Source of the DNA: Ligaoa zhengdingensis
GTDB taxonomy: Bacteria; Bacillota; Clostridia; Oscillospirales; Ruminococcaceae
Assembly: GCF_014384885.1 (NCBI RefSeq)
Contig: NZ_JACRST010000001.1
Span: 397,985-461,984 of the forward strand
DNA length: 64,000 nucleotides
Direction: 5' to 3'
Below the pieces are notes generated by a model. It did no database searches, had not been told where the DNA came from, and saw only the letters and a program-made list of their open reading frames with translations. Both the position numbers and the translations under genes were made by a program. Below are positions 47,814 through 57,552 of the stretch, one piece after another. The first letter of the stretch is position 1. Each line of letters starts with the position of its first letter.

Positions 47814-49244
47814 TCACTCCTCCACTTTTTTATGGGCGATGGGCAGCGATATCACCACCGTCGTCCCCTTGCCCTCCTGGCTGTCCACATCCAGACGGCC
47901 CGAGTGCATCGAGACGATTTCATCCGCCACCGCGAGCCCGATACCAGAACCGCGGCGCGTGGAATTGCCCTTGTAAAACTTCTTCTTCACCATCGGCAGA
48001 TCTTCAGCCTTGATGCCGCAGCCGGTGTCGGTCACAGCAATGCGCACCGTCTTGTCGTCGTGCGTCACGGCGATGGCGATGGTTGCGCCCGCATCGGAAT
48101 ATTTGATGGCGTTGTCGATGATGTTGACAAACACCTGGCGCAGCCGGTTGCGGTCGCCGATCACCGGGATCGACTCCTCCGGCTCGTCGTAGCGGATGGT
48201 CATTCCCTCGCGCATGGCGCGCTGGGTGAACATCAAATAGGCCTCGCCCAGCTCTGCGATGATGTCGATGCGGTCCATCATCAGCGTCAAGCGGCCGTTC
48301 TGCATCCGGCTGAAGTCCAGCAGCTCCTCCACCATGGAGGAGAGACGGTCGGTCTCCTTGAGGATGACCCCCATCCCCTTTTCGATCGTCTCGTGGTCGG
48401 TTGCGCCCACCAGCGTCTCACCCCAGCCCTTGATGGCGGTGAGAGGGGTGCGCAGCTCGTGTGAAACGGACGAAATAAAGTCGTTTTTCATCTGCTCCCC
48501 GGCCGCAAGCTCGCTCGCCATGTAGTTGATCGCCTCGCAGAGGTCGCCGATCTCGTCGTCGTTCTTCTTTTCCAGCCTCGCGTCGAAGTCGCCCTGCGCG
48601 ATCTTCTTCGCAGTCACCCCGATCTCTCCGACCGGGATGACGATTGAATTGATGAAATAGGAGCTGGAAAAACCGACAAAACAGAGGATCGCCACCAGCA
48701 CCAGCGTCACCGCCAGGATCAGGGTGCGCACCTGCCGGTCCACCCGGGTGAGGGACACCACAAAGCGCAGGGCCGCAATTTCGCTGTCCTGCACGGGGGA
48801 AACCATCGTGATTGCCATGACCTTTTCGCTGTCCAGCTTGCCGACATACTCCCCGAAAGAATAAGACCCAGCAGCCGCCGTCTTTTGTTTTTCAAAGGCG
48901 AGCGCGTGGTCGGGCATCTCCACCTGGCCGGTGGGCTTGAAGCCGCTGGAGGTGAGCAGCACATTGCCCGAGCCGTCCACAGCCATCAGCTCCATCTTGT
49001 CCTTATCCTCGAAATTTTCCACCAGATTGCGCACCTGCGCCTGGTAATCGACCGAGCTGTCCTCGGAATAGCGCAACAGGGACGAGGCCATCACCGACGC
49101 GCGGGAATTGATGGCGGAACGCACGCTGTTGTAGTAATAGCCGCGGATACCGGCCGCGCCGATCAGCTCGATCGCCAGCAGGATAATTAGGATCACGCCA
49201 AAGCTGTTGAACAACCACCGCTTGGTAATCCGCTTCATCGCCAT
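47814..49244 (-). CDS. Sensor histidine kinase (TM–HAMP–HisKA–HATPase_c)
   Basis: H-box SHELRTPLTAIKGW, N-box NIIDNAIKYS, G-boxes DTGCGI and GSGIGLAV. Confidence 0.9.
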   Translation of the reverse strand: MAMKRITKRWLFNSFGVILIILLAIELIGAAGIRGYYYNSVRSAINSRASVMASSLLRYSEDSSVDYQAQVRNLVENFEDKDKMELMAVDGSGNVLLTSSGFKPTGQVEMPDHALAFEKQKTAAAGSYSFGEYVGKLDSEKVMAITMVSPVQDSEIAALRFVVSLTRVDRQVRTLILAVTLVLVAILCFVGFSSSYFINSIVIPVGEIGVTAKKIAQGDFDARLEKKNDDEIGDLCEAINYMASELAAGEQMKNDFISSVSHELRTPLTAIKGWGETLVGATDHETIEKGMGVILKETDRLSSMVEELLDFSRMQNGRLTLMMDRIDIIAELGEAYLMFTQRAMREGMTIRYDEPEESIPVIGDRNRLRQVFVNIIDNAIKYSDAGATIAIAVTHDDKTVRIAVTDTGCGIKAEDLPMVKKKFYKGNSTRRGSGIGLAVADEIVSMHSGRLDVDSQEGKGTTVVISLPIAHKKVEE

Positions 49245-49275
49245 GGCGCTTCTTCCCTCCTCCCGCCTTTTGGGC

Positions 49276-49986
49276 CTACGATTCCTTAGGACCTGCCGTC
49301 CATTTGTATCCGAACCCCCACACCGTCAACAGATATTGCGGGGAACTCGGCTCATCCTCAATCTTCATGCGCAGCCTGCGGATGTTGACATCCACAATTT
49401 TGATATCGCCGAAATAGTTGTCGCCCCAGACCTTTTTGAGGATTTCTGAGCGCTCAAGCGCCACATTCTGATTGTGTAAAAAGAAATCCATGATCTGATA
49501 TTCCACCTGGGTGAGATCGATCACCTTGCCGTTCTTGGAGAGCATCCGGCTCTTGAGGTTGAGGATGAACGGCCCGGAGATGATCTCGTCCGGCTGCTCC
49601 TGCCGCTGGGACGTCATCGTCACCCGCCGGTGGATGGCGTCCACCCGCGCGGTGAGTTCCGAGGGGGAGAACGGCTTGGTGACATAGTCGTCCGCGCCGA
49701 TCATCAGGCCGTTGACCTTATCCATCTCCTGCGACTTGGCCGACAGCATGATGATGCCGATGGTGCTCGACTGCGCCCGGATTTTTTTGCACAGGGTGAA
49801 TCCGTCGATGCCCGGCATCATAATGTCGAGCAGCGCCACGTCAAAGTTGCCCTGCTGTTCTTCAAAGATGCGCAGCGCCTCCTCCCCGTTGGCCGCCGGA
49901 GTGACATCGTAGCCCGCTCGCTGCAGGTTGATGACGACAAAGTCGCGGATCGCGTCCTCATCCTCCACCACCAGGATTCGTTTCAT
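49276..49986 (-). CDS. OmpR-family response regulator
   Basis: MKRILVVEDEDAIRDFV...LDIMMPGIDG is the REC domain. The C-terminal winged helix reads LLTVWGFGYKW. Confidence 0.92.
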   Translation of the reverse strand: MKRILVVEDEDAIRDFVVINLQRAGYDVTPAANGEEALRIFEEQQGNFDVALLDIMMPGIDGFTLCKKIRAQSSTIGIIMLSAKSQEMDKVNGLMIGADDYVTKPFSPSELTARVDAIHRRVTMTSQRQEQPDEIISGPFILNLKSRMLSKNGKVIDLTQVEYQIMDFFLHNQNVALERSEILKKVWGDNYFGDIKIVDVNIRRLRMKIEDEPSSPQYLLTVWGFGYKWTAGPKES

Positions 49987-50013
49987 TCTTGATCCCTTCT
50001 TTCCAAACTAAAG

Positions 50014-51408
50014 TCAGGGCAGTAAGGAAAAGCACCGCCCGATATCGCTTTCGGTCACCCGGAAGGACTCGTCCTCCAGCACGGCAGGATAATAGACCTT
50101 GTAGTCGTAGTAGCCCCGGGAACCGAGCAGCTTGTATTGATCCTCCCCCGCATTCTTGTCGGGGGGGCTGTTGCGGTTAACCACATTGATGCGCAGCAGC
50201 TCGCGGTAACTGGCCGCCAGCGAGCCGCCGTACTCCAGGAAGCGCCATTCGCCGGTGGCCACCTCAGCCGCCACCGTCACTTCCCCTTCCATCCACTGTT
50301 CGGGAAACTCCAGGCGGTAGCCCGCATCGGGGTTGACCACGCCGTACCAGACCTGCTCGAACCGCTCGCCGTCAAACCGGACATAGCGCGCGGAATAGAG
50401 CTTGTCCGCGTCGCTGTCCTCGCTGTAACCCGGCAGAACGGACGATTCGCTCGGCTGGTAGGGGATCTCCATCACCCCGTCGCCGTCGATATCCTCGCAG
50501 TAGTAGCGCTGCTCCCGCTTGAGGTTGATCTCGTTTTCCTCGATCTCCTCGTCGGTGCCGCTGAGCTGCTTGTTGTACTGGCTGATGACGTTGACCATCC
50601 TGCGCGGGGATTCAGCTTCGTATTTCAAAATATCGGTGACAAAGCGTCCGGATTGCAGGCGGGAATCGATGAACACCGCCTCGATCTCGCTTGTCAACTG
50701 GCCGATCTTCACCCGCTGTATCTCGGAGATCGAACCGGACAGCTCGATCTTAGAGCTGACATCCAGCTCGCCCGTCTCCTTGCCGGCTGAAACCAGCCGC
50801 GCCTCAGGGCTTCCCGTGCGCAGCAACAGCAGCTCGGTCAGGCCGTCGCGGTTGAAATCGTAGACCATCAGCTCGTTGTACTGCCCGCTGCTGCTGGTCA
50901 ACAGGTTTTCCAGCTTGTCCTGGCTGTTCTGTGGCTGATAGCGGTAAACTGCGACTGTCTTTTCCCCGCCGCCGCGGCTCCAGCCCACAATGATGTTTTC
51001 GGCCCCCTGTTCCAACATGCTGCCAAACTGCACCAGCTCCACGCTGTCGCCCTGGCCGGGGATGCTGTAGTCGAACACCCATCCCTCGTCGGTCTGCACC
51101 AAAATCCCCATCATTGCGTTGGCGTTGCCCATCTGCGGATCGTAAAAGACGATCGCCTCCTCCTTGCCGTCGCCGTCGATATCGTGCATCACAAAGGCGG
51201 AGCGGTAATCCCCCGCCTTGGGGTATTTAAACTTCACGTCGCGGGTGCGCGTGCCGTCGAACAGCGCTTCGCGGATCGCGCTCTGTTCGGAGGTGAGCAG
51301 CGGCGCATCCATCAGGTTCTCAGGGCTGAGCTCCAGCCTCGCACAGGAGGAAAACAGCAGCGCGCAGCAGATTGTTGTAAGCAACAACAGCATTGTTTGA
51401 AAGCGCAT
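50014..51408 (-). CDS. Lipoprotein with FG-GAP/VCBS-like DxDGDG repeats, first gene of the lipoprotein–RR–HK operon
   Basis: MRFQTMLLLLTTICCALLFSSCA is a lipobox. The repeats are DIDGDGKEEAIVF, YDFNRDGLTELLLL and EDIDGDGVMEIPY. RBS is AAAGGGGGA. Confidence 0.65.
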   Translation of the reverse strand: MRFQTMLLLLTTICCALLFSSCARLELSPENLMDAPLLTSEQSAIREALFDGTRTRDVKFKYPKAGDYRSAFVMHDIDGDGKEEAIVFYDPQMGNANAMMGILVQTDEGWVFDYSIPGQGDSVELVQFGSMLEQGAENIIVGWSRGGGEKTVAVYRYQPQNSQDKLENLLTSSSGQYNELMVYDFNRDGLTELLLLRTGSPEARLVSAGKETGELDVSSKIELSGSISEIQRVKIGQLTSEIEAVFIDSRLQSGRFVTDILKYEAESPRRMVNVISQYNKQLSGTDEEIEENEINLKREQRYYCEDIDGDGVMEIPYQPSESSVLPGYSEDSDADKLYSARYVRFDGERFEQVWYGVVNPDAGYRLEFPEQWMEGEVTVAAEVATGEWRFLEYGGSLAASYRELLRINVVNRNSPPDKNAGEDQYKLLGSRGYYDYKVYYPAVLEDESFRVTESDIGRCFSLLP

Positions 51409-51464
51409 GGGCTGTCCCCCTTTCTGTATCTCTTCGTGAAACACTCGCCTTATTATTATACTAT

Positions 51465-51516
51465 ATCGGAATAATAAAATAAAGTGAAACTTGCAACTCT
51501 TCAGCAGGTTTCACTT
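51465..51516 (-). terminator. Rho-independent terminator downstream of the XRE regulator gene (minus strand)
   Basis: AAGTGAAAC...GTTTCACTT is a 9 bp stem. It is followed on the minus strand by TATTTTATTATT. Confidence 0.55.
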
Positions 51517-51631
51517 TATCATACAAATTTGAACATTCTATAGATTTTTATGTGCAAAGGGTGAATTTCAACCAATCCTCTTTATTTTTCGCCCACATAA
51601 TGGTACAATATGCAATATTACCAAGACAGTA

Positions 51632-52333
51632 TCACTTGGGTTGAAGGGTCATTTTGTCCTCGCTGTTCTGCACCAGGTTAAAAAGCGAGGATGCGCACAT
51701 CGGATAGCGCTCGTTGATCACGTCGGTGGTGAGCGCCAGCTCCTCCGAGGAGCGCAGCGGCTCCTGCCCATCGAGAGGCTGCCCGCCCACCAACGCCTGC
51801 GCGTTGGCACTGTGCACCTGCATCATGGCGCCCGCATACTGGTCGGCCACCCGGCGCGGCACGGTGAACATCGCGTCCTGATTTTTAGGGTGGGCCGCAT
51901 AAACCACACGGAACATGCGGTAGACCGCCAGCATCAAAAAGCTGGACACCTCGCCCGTGAGGGACTTGTTGTTGGCGCGTTGGAGCAGGTCGAACAGCAC
52001 ATTGAGCGAATTGGAGATCAATTTTTTGTTGAGCACCGGCAGAATGCTGCCCCGGAAGGTGTTCTCCTTGCCGGCCGCCTGCTCGGGCTCCGGGATATCC
52101 TCCACGGTGAGGGTGGCCCCCATGCGATCGGGCGAACGCCCGAGCAGATAATCGCAGGATACATGGTAGAAATCGGCGGTGCGCACCAGAAAATCCAATC
52201 CGCATTCCCGGATTCCCTTTTCATAGTGCGACAAAAGGGCCTGTGAAATTCCCAGTTCACCGGCCGCTTCCTTTTGACTGATTCCCTTTTCTTTCCGCAG
52301 AAGGGTCAGAATTCTGGGAAAATCCGCGTTCAT
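51632..52333 (-). CDS. XRE-family HTH transcriptional regulator with C-terminal effector-like domain
   Basis: ILTLLRKEKGISQKEAAGELGISQALLSHYEKG matches HTH_3. Start at ATG 52333. The track start is a TTG two codons upstream. Confidence 0.8.
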   Translation of the reverse strand: MNADFPRILTLLRKEKGISQKEAAGELGISQALLSHYEKGIRECGLDFLVRTADFYHVSCDYLLGRSPDRMGATLTVEDIPEPEQAAGKENTFRGSILPVLNKKLISNSLNVLFDLLQRANNKSLTGEVSSFLMLAVYRMFRVVYAAHPKNQDAMFTVPRRVADQYAGAMMQVHSANAQALVGGQPLDGQEPLRSSEELALTTDVINERYPMCASSLFNLVQNSEDKMTLQPK

Positions 52334-52476
52334 AGTCAATACCCCCGCTAACGCCTCATCCAGCGATTTTTTACGTACAGTAAATTATAATCCATTTTGA
52401 TACGAGTTGTAAAGTCCTGAAAGCAAAATATTTCGACGTTTTGGGCCAAATTTCTGTTGGCGAAAGGAGAATTTCG

Positions 52477-53205
52477 GTGATTACTTATAAAGTACATCTG
52501 ATTCGTCACGGCATGACCGAGGCAAACCTCAAGGGATTGTATGTGGGGCGCACCGATACCCCATTATGTGACGAGGGTCGGGAAAAACTGCGCATGCTGC
52601 GCGACCATTGCGGGTATCCGGAAATCCAGAAGCTCTACTCGAGCCCCCTCTCCCGCTGCCGGGAAACCGCCGAAATTTTATACCCCGACCGGATGTGCGA
52701 GGTGGCCGCCGATTTTGTCGAGTGCGACTTCGGCGCGTTTGACGGCAAGGCGATCGGCGAACTCAAGAACGACCCCGCCTTCAACGCGTGGATCGACTCC
52801 GGCATGAAGACCCCGCCGCCGGGCGGCGAGTCCAGCCGCGAACTGGAGGAACGCGTCAGCCGGGGGCTGGAATATGTCTTTGCCGACATGATGTCCCGCC
52901 GGCTCACCTCCACGGCGATCGTCACCCACGGCGGCGTGATCATGACCCTGCTGGCCAAATACGGCTATCCACGCCGCGAAAGCCCCTACGATTGGGTCGT
53001 CGCCAACGGCGCCGGCTACACCATCCAGATGACCCCGCAGATGTGGATGCGCGACGAGGGGTTTGAGGTGTACGAACCGATCCCTTACCGCTACGAGGCG
53101 TTTGCCCGCCTGGGGCTGGAGGCCTTTGAGGAGCAGCTGCGCGAATGGAAGGAACGCGGCGGCGAGGACCTCTTTTTTGAGGGAGAAGATTTCGGCGGGG
53201 ATTAA
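52477..53205 (+). CDS. Histidine phosphatase family protein (phosphoglycerate-mutase-like)
   Basis: GTG start after GAAAGGAGA gives MITYKVHLIRHGMTEAN, the catalytic RHG motif. A second His lies in VTHGGV. Confidence 0.8.
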   Translation: MITYKVHLIRHGMTEANLKGLYVGRTDTPLCDEGREKLRMLRDHCGYPEIQKLYSSPLSRCRETAEILYPDRMCEVAADFVECDFGAFDGKAIGELKNDPAFNAWIDSGMKTPPPGGESSRELEERVSRGLEYVFADMMSRRLTSTAIVTHGGVIMTLLAKYGYPRRESPYDWVVANGAGYTIQMTPQMWMRDEGFEVYEPIPYRYEAFARLGLEAFEEQLREWKERGGEDLFFEGEDFGGD

Positions 53206-53286
53206 ACCTTTCTTTGCTTTTCTGCGGCAGTGTCCGCTGTATTTGCTTCCGATTGATCGATTGAATGAGAAAGGGTGTTTTTAGCG

Positions 53287-54372
53287 ATGAATCCCATCAA
53301 GATTTGTGTATTGGCGGGCGACGGGGTGGGCCCGGAAATCACCGCCGAGGCGTTGAAAACCCTCCAAAGCGTCTGCCGGACGCGGTCAATTCCGCTTGAT
53401 CTCACCGAAGGTTTGATCGGCGGCTGTGCGATCGACGCCGAGGGGATTCCTCTGTCGCCTGCCACCGTAGAAAAATGCCGCATGTCCGGCGCGGTGCTGC
53501 TCGGTGCGGTCGGCGGCCCTCAGTGGGACTGTCAGCCGGCCAACCTGCGTCCCGAGGCCGGTCTGCTCGCCATCCGCAACAAGCTGGGCCTGTTCGCCAA
53601 CCTGCGCCCTGCGCGCGTCTTTCCTGCGCTGCAAAACGCCTCGCCCCTCAAAAATGAGATTATCGCCCGCGGGGTCGATCTGCTGGTGGTGCGCGAGCTG
53701 ACCGGCGGAATTTACTTCGGTGAGAAGGGGCAAACTGAGGTGGACGGCAATCCCTCCGCATACGACAAGATGCTTTACAGCGAATATGAGGTGGAACGCA
53801 TTGCAAAGGTGGCGTTTGAGGCCGCGCAGAAGCGCCGCGGCAAGGTCACCTGTGTGGACAAGGCCAATGTGCTGGAGACCTCGCGGCTGTGGCGGCGGGT
53901 GGTAGACCGCGTGCGGGAGCGCTACCCCGAAGTGGAGCTCAATTACCTGTATGTGGACAATGCGGCCATGCAGCTGCTGCGCGATCCCTCCCAATTCGAC
54001 GTGCTGCTCACTGAGAACATGTTTGGCGACATCCTCTCTGACGAATCCGCCATGCTGGCCGGTTCGATCGGTATGCTGCCTTCGGCCAGTACCGGCCACG
54101 GCACATTGGGCTTGTATGAACCGATCCACGGCTCGGCGCCGGATATCGCCGGAAAAGGGATTGTCAACCCGCTGGCGACCATCCTCTCAGTTGCAATGAT
54201 GCTGCGCTATTCCTTCTCGCTCGAGGAGGAAGCGTGCGCTGTGGAACAGGCCGTGGAGGAAAGCCTCGCCTTTGGGCGCACCCCCGACCTCGCTGACCCC
54301 GCTTATCCGGCGAAGTCCACCCAGGAGATCGGCGACTTTGTCGCGGCACGAGCCGCAGAAATTTTAGCTTAA
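53287..54372 (+). CDS. leuB: 3-isopropylmalate dehydrogenase
   Basis: KICVLAGDGVGPEI...NLRPARVFPAL...GSAPDIAGKGIVNPLA shows the classic IDH/IMDH family motifs. Confidence 0.92.
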   Translation: MNPIKICVLAGDGVGPEITAEALKTLQSVCRTRSIPLDLTEGLIGGCAIDAEGIPLSPATVEKCRMSGAVLLGAVGGPQWDCQPANLRPEAGLLAIRNKLGLFANLRPARVFPALQNASPLKNEIIARGVDLLVVRELTGGIYFGEKGQTEVDGNPSAYDKMLYSEYEVERIAKVAFEAAQKRRGKVTCVDKANVLETSRLWRRVVDRVRERYPEVELNYLYVDNAAMQLLRDPSQFDVLLTENMFGDILSDESAMLAGSIGMLPSASTGHGTLGLYEPIHGSAPDIAGKGIVNPLATILSVAMMLRYSFSLEEEACAVEQAVEESLAFGRTPDLADPAYPAKSTQEIGDFVAARAAEILA

Positions 54373-54387
54373 CCGAGGCGTTGAACC

Positions 54388-55293
54388 ATGAAACTGAGAA
54401 AACAAATTAAACTGAATGCCCGCCGGGCGCTGGGCGGCAGTTGGGGAAAAGCCATCTGCCTTCTGCTCATCATCTTTTCTATTTCGCTGATCTTCAGCCT
54501 ATTGCAGGGGCTTACCTCCCTGCTTCTGGGTATCCCGGATTTTTCAGATGTCCTGACAACCCCCCAATACTACCTGGACGATGTGATAAACCTTTCGATC
54601 CCCTCGTTCCTCATCGCTGCGGCGTTCACCCTATTCAGCCTGATCGTCAACTCCCCGCTCTCGTTCGGCATCCGCCTTTGGTACTACCGGCTGGCTGGCG
54701 GGGACTCGGAGGAGGTGGCCGCGGTCTTCTCCTTCTTCTCCGGACTGCGCCTGTTTTTCAAAGCTATCTGGCACGATATCAGCCTCTCGGTGCGCCTGCT
54801 GTTGTGGAGTATCCCGTTCGCCCTTCTACCCGGGGGCATTGGCACGTTCGCCCTTTTTCTGCTGTACAACGCCGAACCTACACGGACGGTGCGCCTAGGC
54901 GGGTTCCTGCTGCTGACGCTGGCCTGTGTGCTCAGTATCCTGGCCGGGCTGTTTTTCTCAATTTTCAGCAAGCGCTATCTCCTGGCACCCTACCTGATTG
55001 TGGATAACCCCAGCATCAGTGTGCGGCAGGCGTTTCGGACCTCGATCCGGTACACCCGCGGATATAAAAATGAACTGTTTCTGTTTGATCTCTCTTTCCT
55101 GCCGTGGGCGCTGCTCTCCGTCTTGTTGTTGCCTCTGCTTTATGTGGTTCCCTACTATAACGCCTCGCTCGCGCTTTACGCCAAATATCTGGTGGAAAAG
55201 GGCAAGCTGAACGAGCCGGAGGATGAAACGCTCCGTTTTGACCCGCGCGACCCTGTGACCGGCGAAATCCCAGAAATTAATACGGAAGCCTGA
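54388..55293 (+). CDS. DUF975-family membrane protein (paralogue of 42163..43023)
   Basis: MKLRKQIKLNARRALGGSWGKAI begins a polytopic protein with the same architecture as the other DUF975 gene. Confidence 0.7.
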   Translation: MKLRKQIKLNARRALGGSWGKAICLLLIIFSISLIFSLLQGLTSLLLGIPDFSDVLTTPQYYLDDVINLSIPSFLIAAAFTLFSLIVNSPLSFGIRLWYYRLAGGDSEEVAAVFSFFSGLRLFFKAIWHDISLSVRLLLWSIPFALLPGGIGTFALFLLYNAEPTRTVRLGGFLLLTLACVLSILAGLFFSIFSKRYLLAPYLIVDNPSISVRQAFRTSIRYTRGYKNELFLFDLSFLPWALLSVLLLPLLYVVPYYNASLALYAKYLVEKGKLNEPEDETLRFDPRDPVTGEIPEINTEA

Positions 55294-55310
55294 ACATTTG
55301 TAAAATAAAA

Positions 55311-55357
55311 AAGATGGATAACCGTGAGGAAACCCTCCGGCTGTCCATCTTTTTCTT
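55311..55357 (+). terminator. Terminator-like compound hairpin plus T-run after the DUF975 gene
   Basis: GATGGATAACCGTGAGGAAACCCTCCGGCTGTCCATC is followed by TTTTTCTTT. Confidence 0.5.
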
Positions 55358-55526
55358 TATCCATTCTTTCCATTTATGTCACAACCCGATGCGAAATCTT
55401 TGTTTGGTTCAATTGATTGATAACCTTTTGTCCTTCGGGATGAAAGCGGCCACTCCGCCGGCATCTCATAGGAACACAGTTTCGATTTTCGCTCTAAGAA
55501 TGGCTTCTGTCAAATAATTCTGCGCG

Positions 55527-55772
55527 TTAGAGGTCCTTCATACGTTCAAGACACTCTTTGCAGACATTTTTGCCTTTAAATGTCACAATATCCCCTGCAT
55601 TGCTGCAGAAAATACAGGCAGGGGCATACTTTTTCAGAATGATCTGATCCCCGTCCACATAGATTTCAAGGGAGTCTTTTTCTTTAATGTCCAACGTATT
55701 GCGCAGTTCTTTGGGCAACACAATGCGCCCCAGCTCGTCCACTTTTCTTACGATTCCTGTAGATTTTATCAA
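55527..55772 (-). CDS. AbrB/MazE/SpoVT-family regulator with C-terminal Cys4 zinc-ribbon (81 aa)
   Basis: GIVRKVDELGRIVLPKELRNTLDIKEKDSLEIYVDGDQIILKK is the AbrB-N swapped-hairpin domain. It is followed by CIFCSNAGDIVTFKGKNVCKEC (C-x2-C...C-x2-C). Confidence 0.8.
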   Translation of the reverse strand: MIKSTGIVRKVDELGRIVLPKELRNTLDIKEKDSLEIYVDGDQIILKKYAPACIFCSNAGDIVTFKGKNVCKECLERMKDL

Positions 55773-55903
55773 AATGATTTTCCCCCTTTTTTCGACATTG
55801 TCGATTTTCTAATTTTAATATAGCGTAAACTAGAAAACATGTCAAATACTAGAATATAAATTTCTAATAATTTTTTCTTCAAAATTTAAGTTTAACAAAT
55901 TAT

Positions 55904-55932
55904 TCATATTCTGTCATTTCGTATCATATTCT
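55904..55932 (+). promoter_or_regulatory. σE-like sporulation promoter upstream of spmAB
   Basis: TCATATTC-N14-CATATTCT matches B. subtilis σE-recognised elements (−35 ATATT, −10 CATACA-T). It lies ~35 nt upstream of the spmA RBS. Confidence 0.45.
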
Positions 55933-55967
55933 GTAGCCAAGAGTACAATTGAGGAGTTGAAACCGCC

Positions 55968-56594
55968 ATGATGACCTGGATCTTCAGCGGAATGATCCTG
56001 CTTTCGGTCGTACTGGGAATCGCCAACGGGCGCATTGGGGAAGTGTCCGCCGCCGCGCTGAGCGAAAGTGGGAAAGCAATCACCCTGGTGATCGGCCTGG
56101 CCGGCGTGATGTGCCTGTGGAGCGGCCTGATGAATGTCGCAGAGAAATCGGGACTGACCCAAAAATTCAGCCGCTTTTTTTCTCCCGTCCTCCGTCTGCT
56201 GTTCCGCGGCCTGGACCCTGACAGCCGCGCAGCAAAGGCTATCTCGATGAATGTCGCCGCCAACCTGCTGGGCCTGGGCAACGCGGCCACCCCGCTGGGT
56301 ATCGCAGCAATGCGCGAACTTGAGCTGCTTAACCCCACCCCCTCTGTGGCAAGCAATTACATGATCACCTTTGTGGTGCTCAACACTGCAAGCCTTCAGT
56401 TGATTCCAACCACCACCGCCGCGCTGCGCTTGCAGGCAGGGGCCGCCGCTCCGTTTGACATCCTGCCGGCGGTTTGGGTCACCTCGATCTGTTCTGTGAT
56501 CTCGGTGTTGGTGATGGCGAAACTGCTCTCTCACACCACGCGCAACGGTTTGCCAGAGCTCGCACGGCCGCGCCGGGGAGGTGCACATGGCTAG
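55968..56594 (+). CDS. spmA: Spore maturation protein A (nucleoside-recognition-domain membrane protein)
   Basis: MMTWIFSGMILLSVVLGIANGRIGEV...ISMNVAANLLGLGNAATPLGIAAM. RBS is GAGGAG. Confidence 0.88.
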   Translation: MMTWIFSGMILLSVVLGIANGRIGEVSAAALSESGKAITLVIGLAGVMCLWSGLMNVAEKSGLTQKFSRFFSPVLRLLFRGLDPDSRAAKAISMNVAANLLGLGNAATPLGIAAMRELELLNPTPSVASNYMITFVVLNTASLQLIPTTTAALRLQAGAAAPFDILPAVWVTSICSVISVLVMAKLLSHTTRNGLPELARPRRGGAHG

Positions 56595-57108
56595 ACTCTC
56601 TGACTACATCATCCCCGCCGTGATGGGCGGGATTTTATTTTACGGGCTGTTCCGTCGGGTGGACGTGTTCGGAAGTTTCCTGGACGGCGCCAAAGAAGGT
56701 CTGATGACTTCGATGCGCATTATGCCCGCGCTGGTGGCGCTGATGACCGCTGTGGGGATGTTCAAAGCGTCGGGGGCGCTGGATATCCTAACCTGGGTTC
56801 TCTCCCCTGTGGCCTCCCTGTTGCAGCTTCCGCGCGAGGTGCTGCCGCTGGCGATCCTGCGGCCGATCTCGGGTAGCGGCGCTATGGCGATTTTTCAGGA
56901 TATCCTGCAAAGCTACGGCCCGGATACCACGATCGGTCGGGTAGCCAGCGTGATGCAGGGTTCCACCGAGACTACATTTTACACAATTGCGGTCTACTAC
57001 GGAGCGACGCAGGTACAGAAGACGCGCCACACCCTCCCCTCTGCACTCACCGGCGATCTGGTGGGGTTTGTGATGAGTGCCCTCATGGTTCGATTGATTT
57101 TTTCATAA
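56581..57108 (+). CDS. spmB: Spore maturation protein B
   Basis: YIIPAVMGGILFYGL...LAILRPISGSGAMAIFQDILQ. Either the GTG at 56581 or the ATG at 56587 is the start. It overlaps the spmA 3' end as in other Firmicutes. Confidence 0.88.
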   Translation: MHMARLSDYIIPAVMGGILFYGLFRRVDVFGSFLDGAKEGLMTSMRIMPALVALMTAVGMFKASGALDILTWVLSPVASLLQLPREVLPLAILRPISGSGAMAIFQDILQSYGPDTTIGRVASVMQGSTETTFYTIAVYYGATQVQKTRHTLPSALTGDLVGFVMSALMVRLIFS

Positions 57109-57319
57109 CGCATGATAATATTTGAAACAATTCCAATATTTAACATAATAATATTTTACAAGACATTTTTCCCTTTGTCAAGAAACAAAGTGACAAAACC
57201 AATCATATTTATTGCATTTTCTGTCATTTATATGATATTAATTTCGAGGTAAACTTATAAATAGTTATAATTTAGGGGATGATGAAATTAAAAATATAGA
57301 TCGTATCAAAAAAGTTGGA

Positions 57320-57511
57320 TTGAAGATCGCATATTATCGCAATCTTCGTGAACTGAGCCAGGAGGAGCTTGCCTCCATGGTTTTCTTATCGCGCGAACAG
57401 ATCAACCGCATCGAATCACCGAACGGAAAATCCTTTACCAGTGTCGATACGCTGTTTTGCATCGCAGATGCGTTGGAAATCGATATCCGCCGCCTATTCG
57501 ACTTTGAATAA
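57320..57511 (+). CDS. Mini XRE-family HTH protein (63 aa) with non-ATG (TTG) start
   Basis: LKIAYYRNLRELSQEELASMVFLSREQINRIESPNGKSFTSVDTLFCIADALEIDIRRL is a complete HTH_3 domain. The only in-frame start is TTG with a weak RBS, and there is an in-frame stop upstream. It is followed by a terminator. Confidence 0.5.
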   Translation: MKIAYYRNLRELSQEELASMVFLSREQINRIESPNGKSFTSVDTLFCIADALEIDIRRLFDFE

Positions 57512-57552
57512 CCGGTCAGCATTCAGCGGATCCATCCCCACAGATAGTCAGA

